Source of the DNA: an uncultured Candidatus Saccharibacteria bacterium
GTDB lineage: Bacteria > Patescibacteriota > Minisyncoccia > Phycocordibacterales > JAACPR01
Length of the DNA: 64,000 bases
Reading direction: 5' to 3'
NCBI GenBank assembly: GCA_964538855.1
Contig: CAZIEY010000001.1
Span: forward strand, 82,811 to 146,810
Shown here in pieces: positions 39,177 to 48,960 of this stretch; within the stretch, counting starts at the first letter, position 1; each line of letters starts with the position of its first letter. The position numbers were made by a program, and so were the translations under genes. Below the pieces are notes generated by a model. The model did no database searches and was not told the DNA's origin. It was given only the letters and a program-made list of their open reading frames with translations.

Positions 39177-41234
39177 TTAAAGGTCAATCTCCGCCAACTT
39201 CGCGTTCGTTGTAATGAATGATTTTCGAGCAGGAACGTCTTTACCCATGAGCATATCGAAGACTTTGTCGGCTTCGATTGCGTCGTCAATCACGACTTTT
39301 TTGAGGACACGATTGTTTTTATCCATTGTAGTTTCCTTCAATTCGTTCGCGTTCATTTCTCCGAGACCTTTATATCGTTGAACTCGCCATTTTGTAGAGT
39401 TTTTCTTTGTGGCAACTTCGACTTCAGCGTCGGCTGGTTCAACCTCGCCTTCTCCACCTTCTTCGTTGATTTCGTCATTGTCGGCACCGATCAATTTCAC
39501 TTTTTCTTCGTCGCTGTACAAATAGTGAACTTCTTTACCTCGCATCACTTTATACAGAGGAGATTGCGCGATGAACAAATATCCACCATCAATAATTGGT
39601 CGAAAATATCGATAGAAAAGAGTGAGCAACAATGTCGCGATGTGCGCACCGTCGACGTCGGCATCTGTTGCGATAATAATTTTGTGATATCGCAATTTTG
39701 TAATATCAAATGTGTCACCGATTGCAGCACCAAGCGCAACGACGAGATTTTTGATTTGCTCTGACGCCAACATTTTATCGAGACGAGCTCGTTCCACGTT
39801 CAAAATCTTACCTCGCAATGGAAGCACGGCTTGAGTTCGGCGATCTCGACCAGTTTTAGCTGTACCACCCGCAGAGTCTCCCTCCACAATGAAGAGTTCG
39901 GCTTCGGCTGCGTCTTTGACCTGACAGTCGGCGAGTTTTCCAGGCAACGTCATGCCTTCAAGTGCGCCCTTTCGGAGCACAGAATCTTTTGCTGCTTTTG
40001 CGGCTTTTCGAGCACGCACAGCGAGCACTACTTTTGAAACGATAGCTTTACCATCTTCTGGGTGTTCTTCGAGGAATGCAGCGAATGCTTCACCAAATAC
40101 GGCTTCAGTCGCACCACGCGCTTCGGTTGAACCGAGTTTTGCTTTGGTCTGACCTTCGAATTGAATTTCAGGCATCTTGATCGACACGACCGCAGTGATA
40201 CCTTCGAGAACGTCTTCACCTGTGAAAGCACCGTCGGCTTCTTTGATCAAGTTATTTGCCTTGCCGTAGGTATTCAATGTTCGAGTGAGCGATGTTTTGA
40301 AACCAGTCACATGTGTACCACCTTCGCTGTTGTAAATGTTGTTTGCAAATGCAGTGAGGCGAGGAGAAATATCGTCCACGTATTGAAGCGAAACTTCGAC
40401 CTGAATATCACCGACAGATTTTTCAACGTAAAAAATATTCGGGTTGATTGGTTTTTGAAATTGATTTTGAAATTTTACAAGCGACGCGAGTCCTCCTTCG
40501 AAATAGAAAGTTTGTGACGGAGCTTCGACTTCGGAATCTTGGAGGTAATAAATGTCGTCGAAGTCCATTTTGTCTTTGACGAGACGCGCATCAATCGCAG
40601 TGATTTTCAAACCACGCACGAGATAGGCTTGTTGGCGCAAGTGACCGAGAATCTTTTTGAAATCATATTCAACAGTTTCGAAAATTGTATCGTCGGCTTT
40701 GAAAGTAACAATAGTACCGCGCATTTTTGTAGCACCGATTTTCTTTACATCTGATTTTTTCTTACCGATATTGTATTCTTGACGATATTTAAAACCGTCG
40801 CGGTGAACTTCGGCAATGAGGTGCGTCGAAAGCGCGTTTACCACAGAAGCACCCACACCGTGGAGACCTCCAGACACTTTGTAACCGCTGCCTTCCCCAC
40901 CGAATTTACCTCCGGCATGGAGCACTGTCATAACAGTTTCAAGCGCAGACACTTTTGTTTTAGAGTGTTTATCAACCGGAATACCACGACCGTTGTCGAC
41001 AACGCGAACATAACCGTCCGGCAAAAGCGCGACTTCGATGCGATTCGCGTGACCACCCATGGCTTCGTCGCGAGAGTTATCAAAAATTTCTGTAATCAAG
41101 TGATGCAGACCATCCGGGCCAGTTGTACCAATGTACATTCCGGGTCGCTTTCGTACCGGCTCGAGCCCCTCGAGAACTGTAATCTCATCCGCACCATACT
41201 TTTTAACGTCTTTTTCTGATTTTTTGTCTGCCAT
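39177..41234 (-). CDS. gyrB: DNA gyrase subunit B
   Basis: LEGLEPVRKRPGMYIG, VEGDSAGG, PLRGK, DADVDG, RYKGLGEM. Confidence 0.97.
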   Translation of the reverse strand: MADKKSEKDVKKYGADEITVLEGLEPVRKRPGMYIGTTGPDGLHHLITEIFDNSRDEAMGGHANRIEVALLPDGYVRVVDNGRGIPVDKHSKTKVSALETVMTVLHAGGKFGGEGSGYKVSGGLHGVGASVVNALSTHLIAEVHRDGFKYRQEYNIGKKKSDVKKIGATKMRGTIVTFKADDTIFETVEYDFKKILGHLRQQAYLVRGLKITAIDARLVKDKMDFDDIYYLQDSEVEAPSQTFYFEGGLASLVKFQNQFQKPINPNIFYVEKSVGDIQVEVSLQYVDDISPRLTAFANNIYNSEGGTHVTGFKTSLTRTLNTYGKANNLIKEADGAFTGEDVLEGITAVVSIKMPEIQFEGQTKAKLGSTEARGATEAVFGEAFAAFLEEHPEDGKAIVSKVVLAVRARKAAKAAKDSVLRKGALEGMTLPGKLADCQVKDAAEAELFIVEGDSAGGTAKTGRDRRTQAVLPLRGKILNVERARLDKMLASEQIKNLVVALGAAIGDTFDITKLRYHKIIIATDADVDGAHIATLLLTLFYRYFRPIIDGGYLFIAQSPLYKVMRGKEVHYLYSDEEKVKLIGADNDEINEEGGEGEVEPADAEVEVATKKNSTKWRVQRYKGLGEMNANELKETTMDKNNRVLKKVVIDDAIEADKVFDMLMGKDVPARKSFITTNAKLAEIDL

Positions 41235-41396
41235 ATGGGGGTTATTATAGCATTTTTTCAAGCGGTCTCCAAGTGGTTTTTTATTAATTTAAGTCTTATT
41301 TTATAAGGTCTTTGTACATATTGACATTGTTATACGTATATGATACTTTACATATGTACTGACTGATCCTTACAACCCACAAACCGGAGAACGAAC

Positions 41397-41936
41397 GTGA
41401 AGCGGAAGATCTTGCCTCTCTTTATTGCAATCAGCACACTGATTGCAATAATCTGGAACCTCCTTGTTTACAAGGACGAAGTGGAATATTCCTGGGACAA
41501 CCTAACCAGGACCACTACAATCGAAACGCATTCAACTAATGTCATGGTTGTCACCGAACGCCCATCGCCAATTGCTCTCACATGTAACGGAGAACTCATA
41601 TTGCGAGAACTCTCTGAAGTGGTTACGGTTGTACTGTATCCACACGAAGGAAAAATTGACTACTATATAAAGGGAAAGAATCGATATCTCTTGATATATA
41701 CTGACACCCTGTCATTCGAGAAACCCGTAGAAGGGGTTCAGATTGAAGGAACGAAAGTCACCATGAAGAGTGGTAGCTCACAAGCCGTGGCTGAGGTGAC
41801 ATTCAAAAAGTCACCTGACACAGTAAACAAAAGTGCTATACTCATATTCTTCATTTGGCTGACTATAGCTAGTATCGGAGGTTTTATTGTATATATTTAC
41901 AGCCTTAACCACAAAGAGGTTAGCACGGGGGAATAA
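41397..41936 (+). CDS. Hypothetical ORFan with N- and C-terminal TM segments
   Basis: TTGACA-17-TACTTT promoter, GGAG RBS, GTG start. Confidence 0.65.
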   Translation: MKRKILPLFIAISTLIAIIWNLLVYKDEVEYSWDNLTRTTTIETHSTNVMVVTERPSPIALTCNGELILRELSEVVTVVLYPHEGKIDYYIKGKNRYLLIYTDTLSFEKPVEGVQIEGTKVTMKSGSSQAVAEVTFKKSPDTVNKSAILIFFIWLTIASIGGFIVYIYSLNHKEVSTGE

Positions 41937-42126
41937 TTTCTCGCGCCACAGCACCGTTCATCACCGGTCTTCACGACCGAACCGAGGACTTCGATCCTCG
42001 TAAAAACCGCCCGACGCCCTGTGCGCCTGGCGGTTTTCTTGCATCTCAAGAAACAACGAGAAAACTTTATTTTTTCTTTGGACTTTCTTTAACGAAACTT
42101 CATACCCAATCCGTATAATGTGATAC

Positions 42127-42516
42127 GTGAAAGATTTTGACAGTTGGAATCTAAAGAAACAAGAAATAGATAGAAAAGCATATTTTTTCCACCCAAAAGT
42201 TGGAGAAATTTGGTGGTGCATGATAGGAATGAATATTGGATCAGAAATATATGGTAAAGGAAAAAATTACCTCCGACCAGGGCTTGTGATTGAATTGGGT
42301 CAACACGACAATTTTATCGGTATCCCCTTAACATCAAAAAAGAAGAAATCACGACGTTCATGTATCATACGTTCAGAAGATGGAATATTACATACTGCTC
42401 TTATCACTCAACTGCGTTGTTTCGACAAGAGGAGATTACTAGAGAAAAAATCCGCTTTATCAAATGATGAATTTACACTTATTAAAAATTGTCTGAGGAG
42501 CGTTCTTAAAATATAA
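42127..42516 (+). CDS. PemK/MazF-family endoribonuclease, orphan
   Basis: GEIWW..G.NIGSE..GK...RP, GIPLTS, Q.R.FDKRRL. Confidence 0.9.
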   Translation: MKDFDSWNLKKQEIDRKAYFFHPKVGEIWWCMIGMNIGSEIYGKGKNYLRPGLVIELGQHDNFIGIPLTSKKKKSRRSCIIRSEDGILHTALITQLRCFDKRRLLEKKSALSNDEFTLIKNCLRSVLKI

Positions 42517-42575
42517 TAGCCCCTTTCGGGGCATATCTGGCTCTTTCGAGCAAGGATGGCCAAACCATCCTAGAA
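42514..42575 (-). ncRNA. Candidate three-hairpin small RNA convergent with pemK
   Basis: Minus-strand TTGACT-18-TACAAT promoter (42609-42580); AGGATGG/CCATCCT, GCTC-GAAA-GAGC, GCCCC-GAAA-GGGGC. Confidence 0.55.
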
Positions 42576-42699
42576 CATGATTGTATCAAACTATTCTCGC
42601 GAAAGTCAACCTGAAAATTCATTATTTCTTTAAAATGCTTATTTCGCGATTTCTTCAAACCAACAAGAGTTAGTAGGGCGAATAAAAATTCCGAGTAAT

Positions 42700-42795
42700 C
42701 AAAAAAGCGATTAAAGATTTACTCTAACCGCTTTTTTGTATTTTCCTCCCTAACATCTTGCGATGTTTCGGGCGAGCCATAGGCGTTTATGTGTC
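42700..42795 (-). ncRNA. Candidate small RNA downstream of pheT
   Basis: TTGACT/TATATT promoter at ~42824-42797; AACATC-GCAA-GATGTT hairpin; terminator 42701-42737. Confidence 0.35.
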
Positions 42796-42832
42796 TAATA
42801 TAGTAAAAATTAGGGAAAAGTCAATCTGCATT

Positions 42833-45178
42833 TTACCTCACCTCCCACCCACTCTTCTTCATCTCGCCGGCAATGCCATCCATAATCGCGTTCACTTCCG
42901 CATCCGTCAGAGTTTTTTCGAATGATTGGAATACGAGACGGAATGCATATGAAGTGCGACCGTCTTTTTTGAATACGTCGAACAAGCGATTTTTAATCAT
43001 CAAAGGGCCGGCGTTTTTCGTAATGAGCGCAAGCACGTCCGATTCCGCCACCGCATCAGGCACCCACACCGCAACGTCTCGAATCATAAAAGGATACGCT
43101 GAGATCGGCGCGTATGTAACCGTCTCCACCGGCACAAGCGGTTCGTATGAAATATCGCCAATCGACGCCACGACTTTTTCCAAATCAATTTCCACGAAAA
43201 GCGGTGTATCTGAAATTTCCGTAGTAACTAATTTCACCCCCAGAACTTCTGAGAGCTTCGATAAGGTATCCTTAATGGTCTCTTCTGGTCTTGGTTTTTT
43301 GAAACCATTGCGATTCGCCACACAAATACCAAGCATCACGCGTTCTATACCCTTCTTTGGAAAGACTTTACCAATTTCAAACACACGCACCTGATCAAGC
43401 ATCAAGAAATCAATATTGTAGAGATTTTGAGGGAGTGTTGTACCAATACCATGAGCAAGCGTCGTTCGCAAAAACGCCTTGTCTTCTGAAATAGGATTCT
43501 CAGGAGCAATCACACCAGTCGGCACGAATGTGTACGTGTAGACTTCGGAAAAGCCAAGGCCGTTGAGCGTCGCTTTTATTTTCTGCGACACCGCATACAT
43601 TTTGTTTTGTGCAGGGGCAAAATCCATCTGCGAGATCGCAGTTTCTTTGACGTGTTCGTATCCGAGGACGCGACCAACTTCTTCGATAACATCCGCGCCA
43701 GTTTTAATATCCAATCGTTCAACAGGCACCGTCAATGCAAATCGATTTTCATTCGGAGCAAAAAATCGACCGTACCCTACAATATTTTGAAAGCGCGCAC
43801 TGTCAGCAATTTTTTCTTCGACAACGCCAGCGTCATTCAATTCAGTCGCATGCAACACTTTACCATCGCCAGTATAAAATCCAACATGATCCACGCCATG
43901 GACCACATCAGTGCCTTTGGCAAACTCGACGCTCTTGTAATCAATTTTATGTTTCAAATCGCCAGTGTTTGCAAAAATCACATCGCCTGGTTGCATGTCA
44001 GCTTGCGAAATTTTTTCTGCGTACACAAATTGGTCGACAGACATGCGAGGCACCGACAAACCAGCGAGCGCTGATACGTACGCAGTGAAACTCGAACAAT
44101 CAAATGCATTCGGTGCGTCAAAAAATACACTTGAAGCCCACTTGTATGGAACTCCTACCAATTTTTGTCCTTCAGAAATAACCACCTCGCGAGGATTCAC
44201 AATTACATATTCAAAACCGAGACGGTCGAATGCGCCAGCAATTTCTTTTTCAGAATATGCAGTACCGAGCAACGCGTTGACTTCACGCACCGACACACCT
44301 GTGCGATATGGTCGCCATGTTTTTGGATAATGTTCGGCCTTGAGCGACACCGCAGTCACATCGGTCGCCGCATATTTCAAAATCAATTCAGTCGCCATAT
44401 CCATCGCGAGATCCGCAATCGCAGGCGTCACTTCGTTTTCGAAACGCTTTGATGAGTCGGTCATCACGCCGATTTTGCGCGACGTTTTTCGCACATATGT
44501 CGGATTGAAATTGGCAGACTCCAAAATGATGCGCTTTGTCGCACCGTCGACTTCTGGAATTTTTCCGCCCTTGATGCCGGCAATTGCGAGAGGTGTGTCA
44601 TTGTCATAAATTACCACCGCATCCATATTTAATTTCACCTGCTTGTTATCAAGCGTCGTGATTTCTTGTTCGTCTGTAGCGCGACGTACCACAATATTCC
44701 CCGTGATTTTATCCGCATCAAACGCGTGCATCGGTTGCCCCACCGCAAACATCACAATATTTGTGATATCGACAATGTTGTTAATTGAGCGTTGACCGAG
44801 AGCTTCGATTTTCGCTTTCAGTTCAGGAGCGCTTTCAGCCACGCGGACATTCGTAATTTCACGAGCCACATATCGGCGGCACAAATCGGTTTCGACGGAT
44901 AAAGTAAAGCTTGGCGCAAAAGTACCAGCATGCAGTGGAATCTCGCGCTTTTTTAATTTCAAGCCCGTCATCATTGCAATTTCGCGTGCAATTCCGTCGT
45001 GCGACAAACAATCGTGTGCGCGGTTCGGCAACACATCAACATCAATAATCCAATCATCGCCGTGCGCGGTCACTTCTTCAATTTCAAAAGCCTTGAGCGA
45101 AATCATAGACGCCAAATCCTCGGCCGGTGGCAACGGCGCATCGAAATATTCTTGAAGCCATTTGTATGAGACGAGCAT
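42833..45178 (-). CDS. pheT: Phenylalanine--tRNA ligase beta subunit with inserted NlpC/P60 domain
   Basis: MLVSYKWL, PNRAHDCLS, B3/4, RLDI..DVIEEVGR, FDX-ACB C-terminus; follows pheS. Confidence 0.95.
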   Translation of the reverse strand: MLVSYKWLQEYFDAPLPPAEDLASMISLKAFEIEEVTAHGDDWIIDVDVLPNRAHDCLSHDGIAREIAMMTGLKLKKREIPLHAGTFAPSFTLSVETDLCRRYVAREITNVRVAESAPELKAKIEALGQRSINNIVDITNIVMFAVGQPMHAFDADKITGNIVVRRATDEQEITTLDNKQVKLNMDAVVIYDNDTPLAIAGIKGGKIPEVDGATKRIILESANFNPTYVRKTSRKIGVMTDSSKRFENEVTPAIADLAMDMATELILKYAATDVTAVSLKAEHYPKTWRPYRTGVSVREVNALLGTAYSEKEIAGAFDRLGFEYVIVNPREVVISEGQKLVGVPYKWASSVFFDAPNAFDCSSFTAYVSALAGLSVPRMSVDQFVYAEKISQADMQPGDVIFANTGDLKHKIDYKSVEFAKGTDVVHGVDHVGFYTGDGKVLHATELNDAGVVEEKIADSARFQNIVGYGRFFAPNENRFALTVPVERLDIKTGADVIEEVGRVLGYEHVKETAISQMDFAPAQNKMYAVSQKIKATLNGLGFSEVYTYTFVPTGVIAPENPISEDKAFLRTTLAHGIGTTLPQNLYNIDFLMLDQVRVFEIGKVFPKKGIERVMLGICVANRNGFKKPRPEETIKDTLSKLSEVLGVKLVTTEISDTPLFVEIDLEKVVASIGDISYEPLVPVETVTYAPISAYPFMIRDVAVWVPDAVAESDVLALITKNAGPLMIKNRLFDVFKKDGRTSYAFRLVFQSFEKTLTDAEVNAIMDGIAGEMKKSGWEVR

Positions 45179-45182
45179 AGGT

Positions 45183-45869
45183 TTAAAATTGATTATTAAA
45201 GCGCAAATCCCCTGAATAAAAGTTTCGCAAATCGTCGATTCCGTATTTCATCATCGCGATTCGTTCCACGCCAATACCAAAGGCAAAGCCTCGATATTTT
45301 CGTGAATCAATACCAACGTTGTTAAGGACTTTTGCATTCACCATGCCGGCGCCGAGGACCTCAATCCAATTGCCGCCCTTTTTGCGCATATCGATTTCAA
45401 CGCCAGGTTCCACGAATGGGAAAAAGCCCGGTCGAAAACGAATCTCCATATCATCGCCGAATAACTTTTTCAAAAACGAGCCGAGCGCATATTTCAAATT
45501 CGCCATTGAAATGTCTTCACCAACGACAAGCCCTTCAATTTGATGGAATTGCACTTCGTGCGTTCGATCGGTGGCTTCATATCGATACACTTTTCCTGGT
45601 GCAACAATTTTAAACGGAGGTTTATGTGACTCCATAAAGTGAATTTGCGCGTTCGACGTCTGAGTTCGCAACAAATGTTTCGGAAAATCGCGCAACCAAA
45701 ATGTGTCCTGCATGTCGCGCGCCGGGTGATCAGCCGGCACATTGAGTGCGTCGAAATTGTGATACTCATCGTCGACTTCGTTACATGTCACAATTTCAAA
45801 ACCCATTCCGGCAAAGACCGAAACGATTTCATCCATGACGCGTGTGATTGGGTGCAAATGTCCTTTCAT
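45183..45869 (-). CDS. pheS: Phenylalanine--tRNA ligase alpha subunit (catalytic domain only)
   Basis: HPARDMQDTF, LLRTQTS, FHQIEG, FPFVEPG, GFAFGIGVER. Confidence 0.97.
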   Translation of the reverse strand: MKGHLHPITRVMDEIVSVFAGMGFEIVTCNEVDDEYHNFDALNVPADHPARDMQDTFWLRDFPKHLLRTQTSNAQIHFMESHKPPFKIVAPGKVYRYEATDRTHEVQFHQIEGLVVGEDISMANLKYALGSFLKKLFGDDMEIRFRPGFFPFVEPGVEIDMRKKGGNWIEVLGAGMVNAKVLNNVGIDSRKYRGFAFGIGVERIAMMKYGIDDLRNFYSGDLRFNNQF

Positions 45870-45883
45870 AAAAATCTATTTTA

Positions 45884-46804
45884 TCAGATTCGGAGCTCAA
45901 AAAATACCCCTTCGTCTGACACGATAATTCTGTCGTTTTCATTGATGCGAAAATCGAGACCCGCACCTAAATACACAGGTTGAATATTTCTCTCTGATCT
46001 ATCGTCGATTTCAACTGCCCACAACCCTTCATTATTCAGAACGAGAAGCACATCGGGTCGTTCTGGCATGAATGCGAAACGCACAATATCAACATCCCAA
46101 TCAAGTACGATTTGATCTCGACAATGTGTCACAGTACAAAAATAAAAAGGAGTAGTTTCTTGCTCATTCACCCATGTTACAATCACATTTCCATCTTCTA
46201 ACCACGCGACTTGATCTCCTACAATTTCAAAATTGACCAAATCGGCCACATCCGACACTCCATGTAATGCGAGTGCTTCGAGTATGTCCGATGGTGTCGT
46301 TGATGCACTCTGTGCCACATCCGACACCACAAAAAGTGACTCAATCGCCGTGTATGTTTTCTGTGGTACTTTATTCGCCAACCCTAATGTGGTAGTTCCG
46401 TTTCCTTGTGCATCAACTGCAGGGTATGTCGCCATTGTTTTAATACTCGTCGGCAACATCAACGCATACGCTTCTGTGACCATGCCTTCCGCCACTGATA
46501 AATTTTTTGTCCACGAATGATAGCCATCCTTGTGCATTTCAACTGTGTGTGCAACATCCGGATTAAGTGTTTGAACTAACACATTACGCATCCACACACT
46601 ATTATTTTTGACATATTCACCATCCACAAATACTTCGGTATCAGAAACATCAGAGTGCACGTAAATACCGCCAGTTTTCACAATACCCTTATCATCAAAG
46701 CGATATCCAAATGAATACGACAAAATAAAGGGACTAATCGCAATAAATACAAGGAAGAGCAATCCCCAAGAAATTTGTCGTGTTTTTTTTGAAAGTGGTT
46801 TCAT
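45884..46804 (-). CDS. PEGA-domain membrane protein
   Basis: TM then GYRF..TGGIYV.S....EVFVDG..KDGYHSW. Confidence 0.8.
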   Translation of the reverse strand: MKPLSKKTRQISWGLLFLVFIAISPFILSYSFGYRFDDKGIVKTGGIYVHSDVSDTEVFVDGEYVKNNSVWMRNVLVQTLNPDVAHTVEMHKDGYHSWTKNLSVAEGMVTEAYALMLPTSIKTMATYPAVDAQGNGTTTLGLANKVPQKTYTAIESLFVVSDVAQSASTTPSDILEALALHGVSDVADLVNFEIVGDQVAWLEDGNVIVTWVNEQETTPFYFCTVTHCRDQIVLDWDVDIVRFAFMPERPDVLLVLNNEGLWAVEIDDRSERNIQPVYLGAGLDFRINENDRIIVSDEGVFFELRI

Positions 46805-46828
46805 GTGTTGAATAAATTACGCACCCTT

Positions 46829-48370
46829 TTATTTCCTATGCTTTGGTGTCACCCAGAATTCACCCATGTATCTGCCGAGCATCAATTTTGTCTGAGCATG
46901 CAATCCTGGTAATGAGCCGAACAAGATAATCGTAAATGGCACAAACACCCATTGCAAAATTTGTACTGCCCAGCGGATTTTTCGTCGCTCCATAGTGACT
47001 GGCATTGCAGGCAGTAATGACGCAGAAATGATTGCAGCCAAAATAATTCCGAGTGTCGAAATCGTCATCAATGTTCGTGTCACGATCGGCAAGTTATACG
47101 ACAACAATGTTTCTCGGAAAGCTTCCCCACCCACAATAATCGGTAACCAGCCGAGCACTAAAATCATAATTGGGTTTGTTGCGAGTGACCAAAAACCAAC
47201 CAATTGTGTGAATGATTTATCCCACTTTTGCTTCCAAGAAATTTTCTTGTTTTTAATAAAGCCAAACAGCATGTACGGGATATTTTCGACACCCCACATC
47301 CATCGCATGTGTTGTTTATAAATATTACGCAATGTCGCAAATAATGTCGGCGCCAAATTCGCATCCATCGAAACCGGATATGCCAATGGCACAACTTCGT
47401 AATTACCGTCTTTTGCCAAGAACAAATTCCAGAAAATACGTGAATCTTCTGACACCATATTTTTTTGCCAATACCCTACTTCGTACAGAGCTTTGAATGG
47501 AATTGAGTGTGAAGAAAATGTCGCCAACTTTTCAGGGCGCTCCTGTTGAATCATTTGCCAGAATGTCGAAGTCACCGCAGCAACGCGAGACAACGCTGGA
47601 GCTTGCCAAATGTTGTTGTTATACAAAGGCACCGGTTGATACGATTTATTATATCGATTTTCCGCGGTCAAAAAGTGCCATGTGAGGCATGCAAAATAAT
47701 GTGGCCAAATCACTGTATCGATATCGAATGATGACACGAGAATGTTTTCGTATGGTATTTGTTTTGGGTCGATGACTCGCAATTGAGTTTCTTTGAGCGC
47801 GTATGCGATGTTTGAGCCCTTGCCGCGTACTTCCCCCGGTAAATTATCCGGGTGCATTGTCACAATAAAATCATCGAAATATTTTGCGTACATATTTTGC
47901 AATTCAACAGTGACGCCTGTGTATTCGGAACCAGCGCGAACTTCTGCTGCTAAAACGATAATCATTTTCTTTGGGTCGTAATGTGACGCGAGTAGTGATT
48001 TTAATGATGCTTCAATCACATCTTTACCTTCTTTATAAAATGGAAGCAAAATAACGTGACGAAGATGTTCATATTTCAAATCTGCTAATTTCGCTTGCCA
48101 ATCAACATTGATATTATGTTTGAGGCGGCGCCAATTGTAATACTGGTGAAACGAAAGGTGTACAGTTTTCAGTAACCAATACAAATCAAACACAATAATA
48201 AACACCGCGACATACAGAGGAAGAAAAACCGAACCCACCACAATCAATATCAACGTCCCCCACGATAGAAAGCCTGGTAAAATTTCGAGTAATCGGAAAA
48301 TAATTCGGTCACGCCCAGTCAAATCGCGGGCATGCGCTACATGAAAATAAGGAGTTTTCGAATAGTCCAT
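46829..48370 (-). CDS. GT2-family integral membrane glycosyltransferase
   Basis: LPFYKE, KG.N, FDID, SEDS, QHMRW (QxxRW). Confidence 0.9.
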   Translation of the reverse strand: MDYSKTPYFHVAHARDLTGRDRIIFRLLEILPGFLSWGTLILIVVGSVFLPLYVAVFIIVFDLYWLLKTVHLSFHQYYNWRRLKHNINVDWQAKLADLKYEHLRHVILLPFYKEGKDVIEASLKSLLASHYDPKKMIIVLAAEVRAGSEYTGVTVELQNMYAKYFDDFIVTMHPDNLPGEVRGKGSNIAYALKETQLRVIDPKQIPYENILVSSFDIDTVIWPHYFACLTWHFLTAENRYNKSYQPVPLYNNNIWQAPALSRVAAVTSTFWQMIQQERPEKLATFSSHSIPFKALYEVGYWQKNMVSEDSRIFWNLFLAKDGNYEVVPLAYPVSMDANLAPTLFATLRNIYKQHMRWMWGVENIPYMLFGFIKNKKISWKQKWDKSFTQLVGFWSLATNPIMILVLGWLPIIVGGEAFRETLLSYNLPIVTRTLMTISTLGIILAAIISASLLPAMPVTMERRKIRWAVQILQWVFVPFTIILFGSLPGLHAQTKLMLGRYMGEFWVTPKHRK

Positions 48371-48433
48371 CTTGTCTACTAGACTACCATTTTTACGAGC
48401 TTTTTCAACCTTTTTTTGTTTTTTCCTCTTTGT

Positions 48434-48474
48434 AAAAATTTAGACAGGCACAATTTGTGCCTGTCTAAATTTTT
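48434..48474 (-). terminator. Palindromic terminator after tRNA-Thr
   Basis: AAAAATTTAGACAGGCAC-AATTT-GTGCCTGTCTAAATTTTT. Confidence 0.8.
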
Positions 48475-48549
48475 GGAGCCACCTGTCAGGCTTGAACTGA
48501 CGACCTGCCGTTTACAAAACGGCTGCTCTACCAACTGAGCTAAGGTGGC
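48474..48549 (-). tRNA. tRNA-Thr(TGT)
   Basis: GCCACCT/AGGTGGC, GCCGT-TTTGTAA-ACGGC, encoded CCA. Confidence 0.96.
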
Positions 48550-48564
48550 AATTACTACACGCTT

Positions 48565-48951
48565 CTACTCTTTATCCTTCGGCAAAGAGTCTTTGTGATC
48601 ATGCATTGATTTCCAATACGATGACATCGGACCTTGTTTACCAGAGACGTGGTGGCGATGGAATCGATCAAAATATCGATCAACCTTCACCCGAACTTTT
48701 GCCCACACCCGCGCGAGAGACAAACTGATTCTATGAGGAATCACTGCCCATTTCTCTATTGCGAGTTTTTTTATTCTAGCAAGTATTCGCAAAATAGCCA
48801 AGCCGAATCTAGACAAACCACGATCAGCCCATGTTCGACACCCCATTGAAAAAATCTGTCGATTGTTTTTTAATTCGTAATTACGAATCGCAAGCATAAT
48901 CAAAATCCCTATAAGCGACACGCAAAACAAAATAATAAGGGTGGGGTTCAT
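48565..48951 (-). CDS. Hypothetical basic membrane-anchored protein
   Basis: N-terminal TM, 128 aa, co-oriented after tsf. Confidence 0.7.
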   Translation of the reverse strand: MNPTLIILFCVSLIGILIMLAIRNYELKNNRQIFSMGCRTWADRGLSRFGLAILRILARIKKLAIEKWAVIPHRISLSLARVWAKVRVKVDRYFDRFHRHHVSGKQGPMSSYWKSMHDHKDSLPKDKE

Positions 48952-48960
48952 ATTGAAGGC

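Noticed and set aside
43760-44192. Intein in PheT
   Set aside because: No N-terminal Cys/Ser block, HN-C/S/T end or LAGLIDADG motifs; the insert is NlpC/P60.
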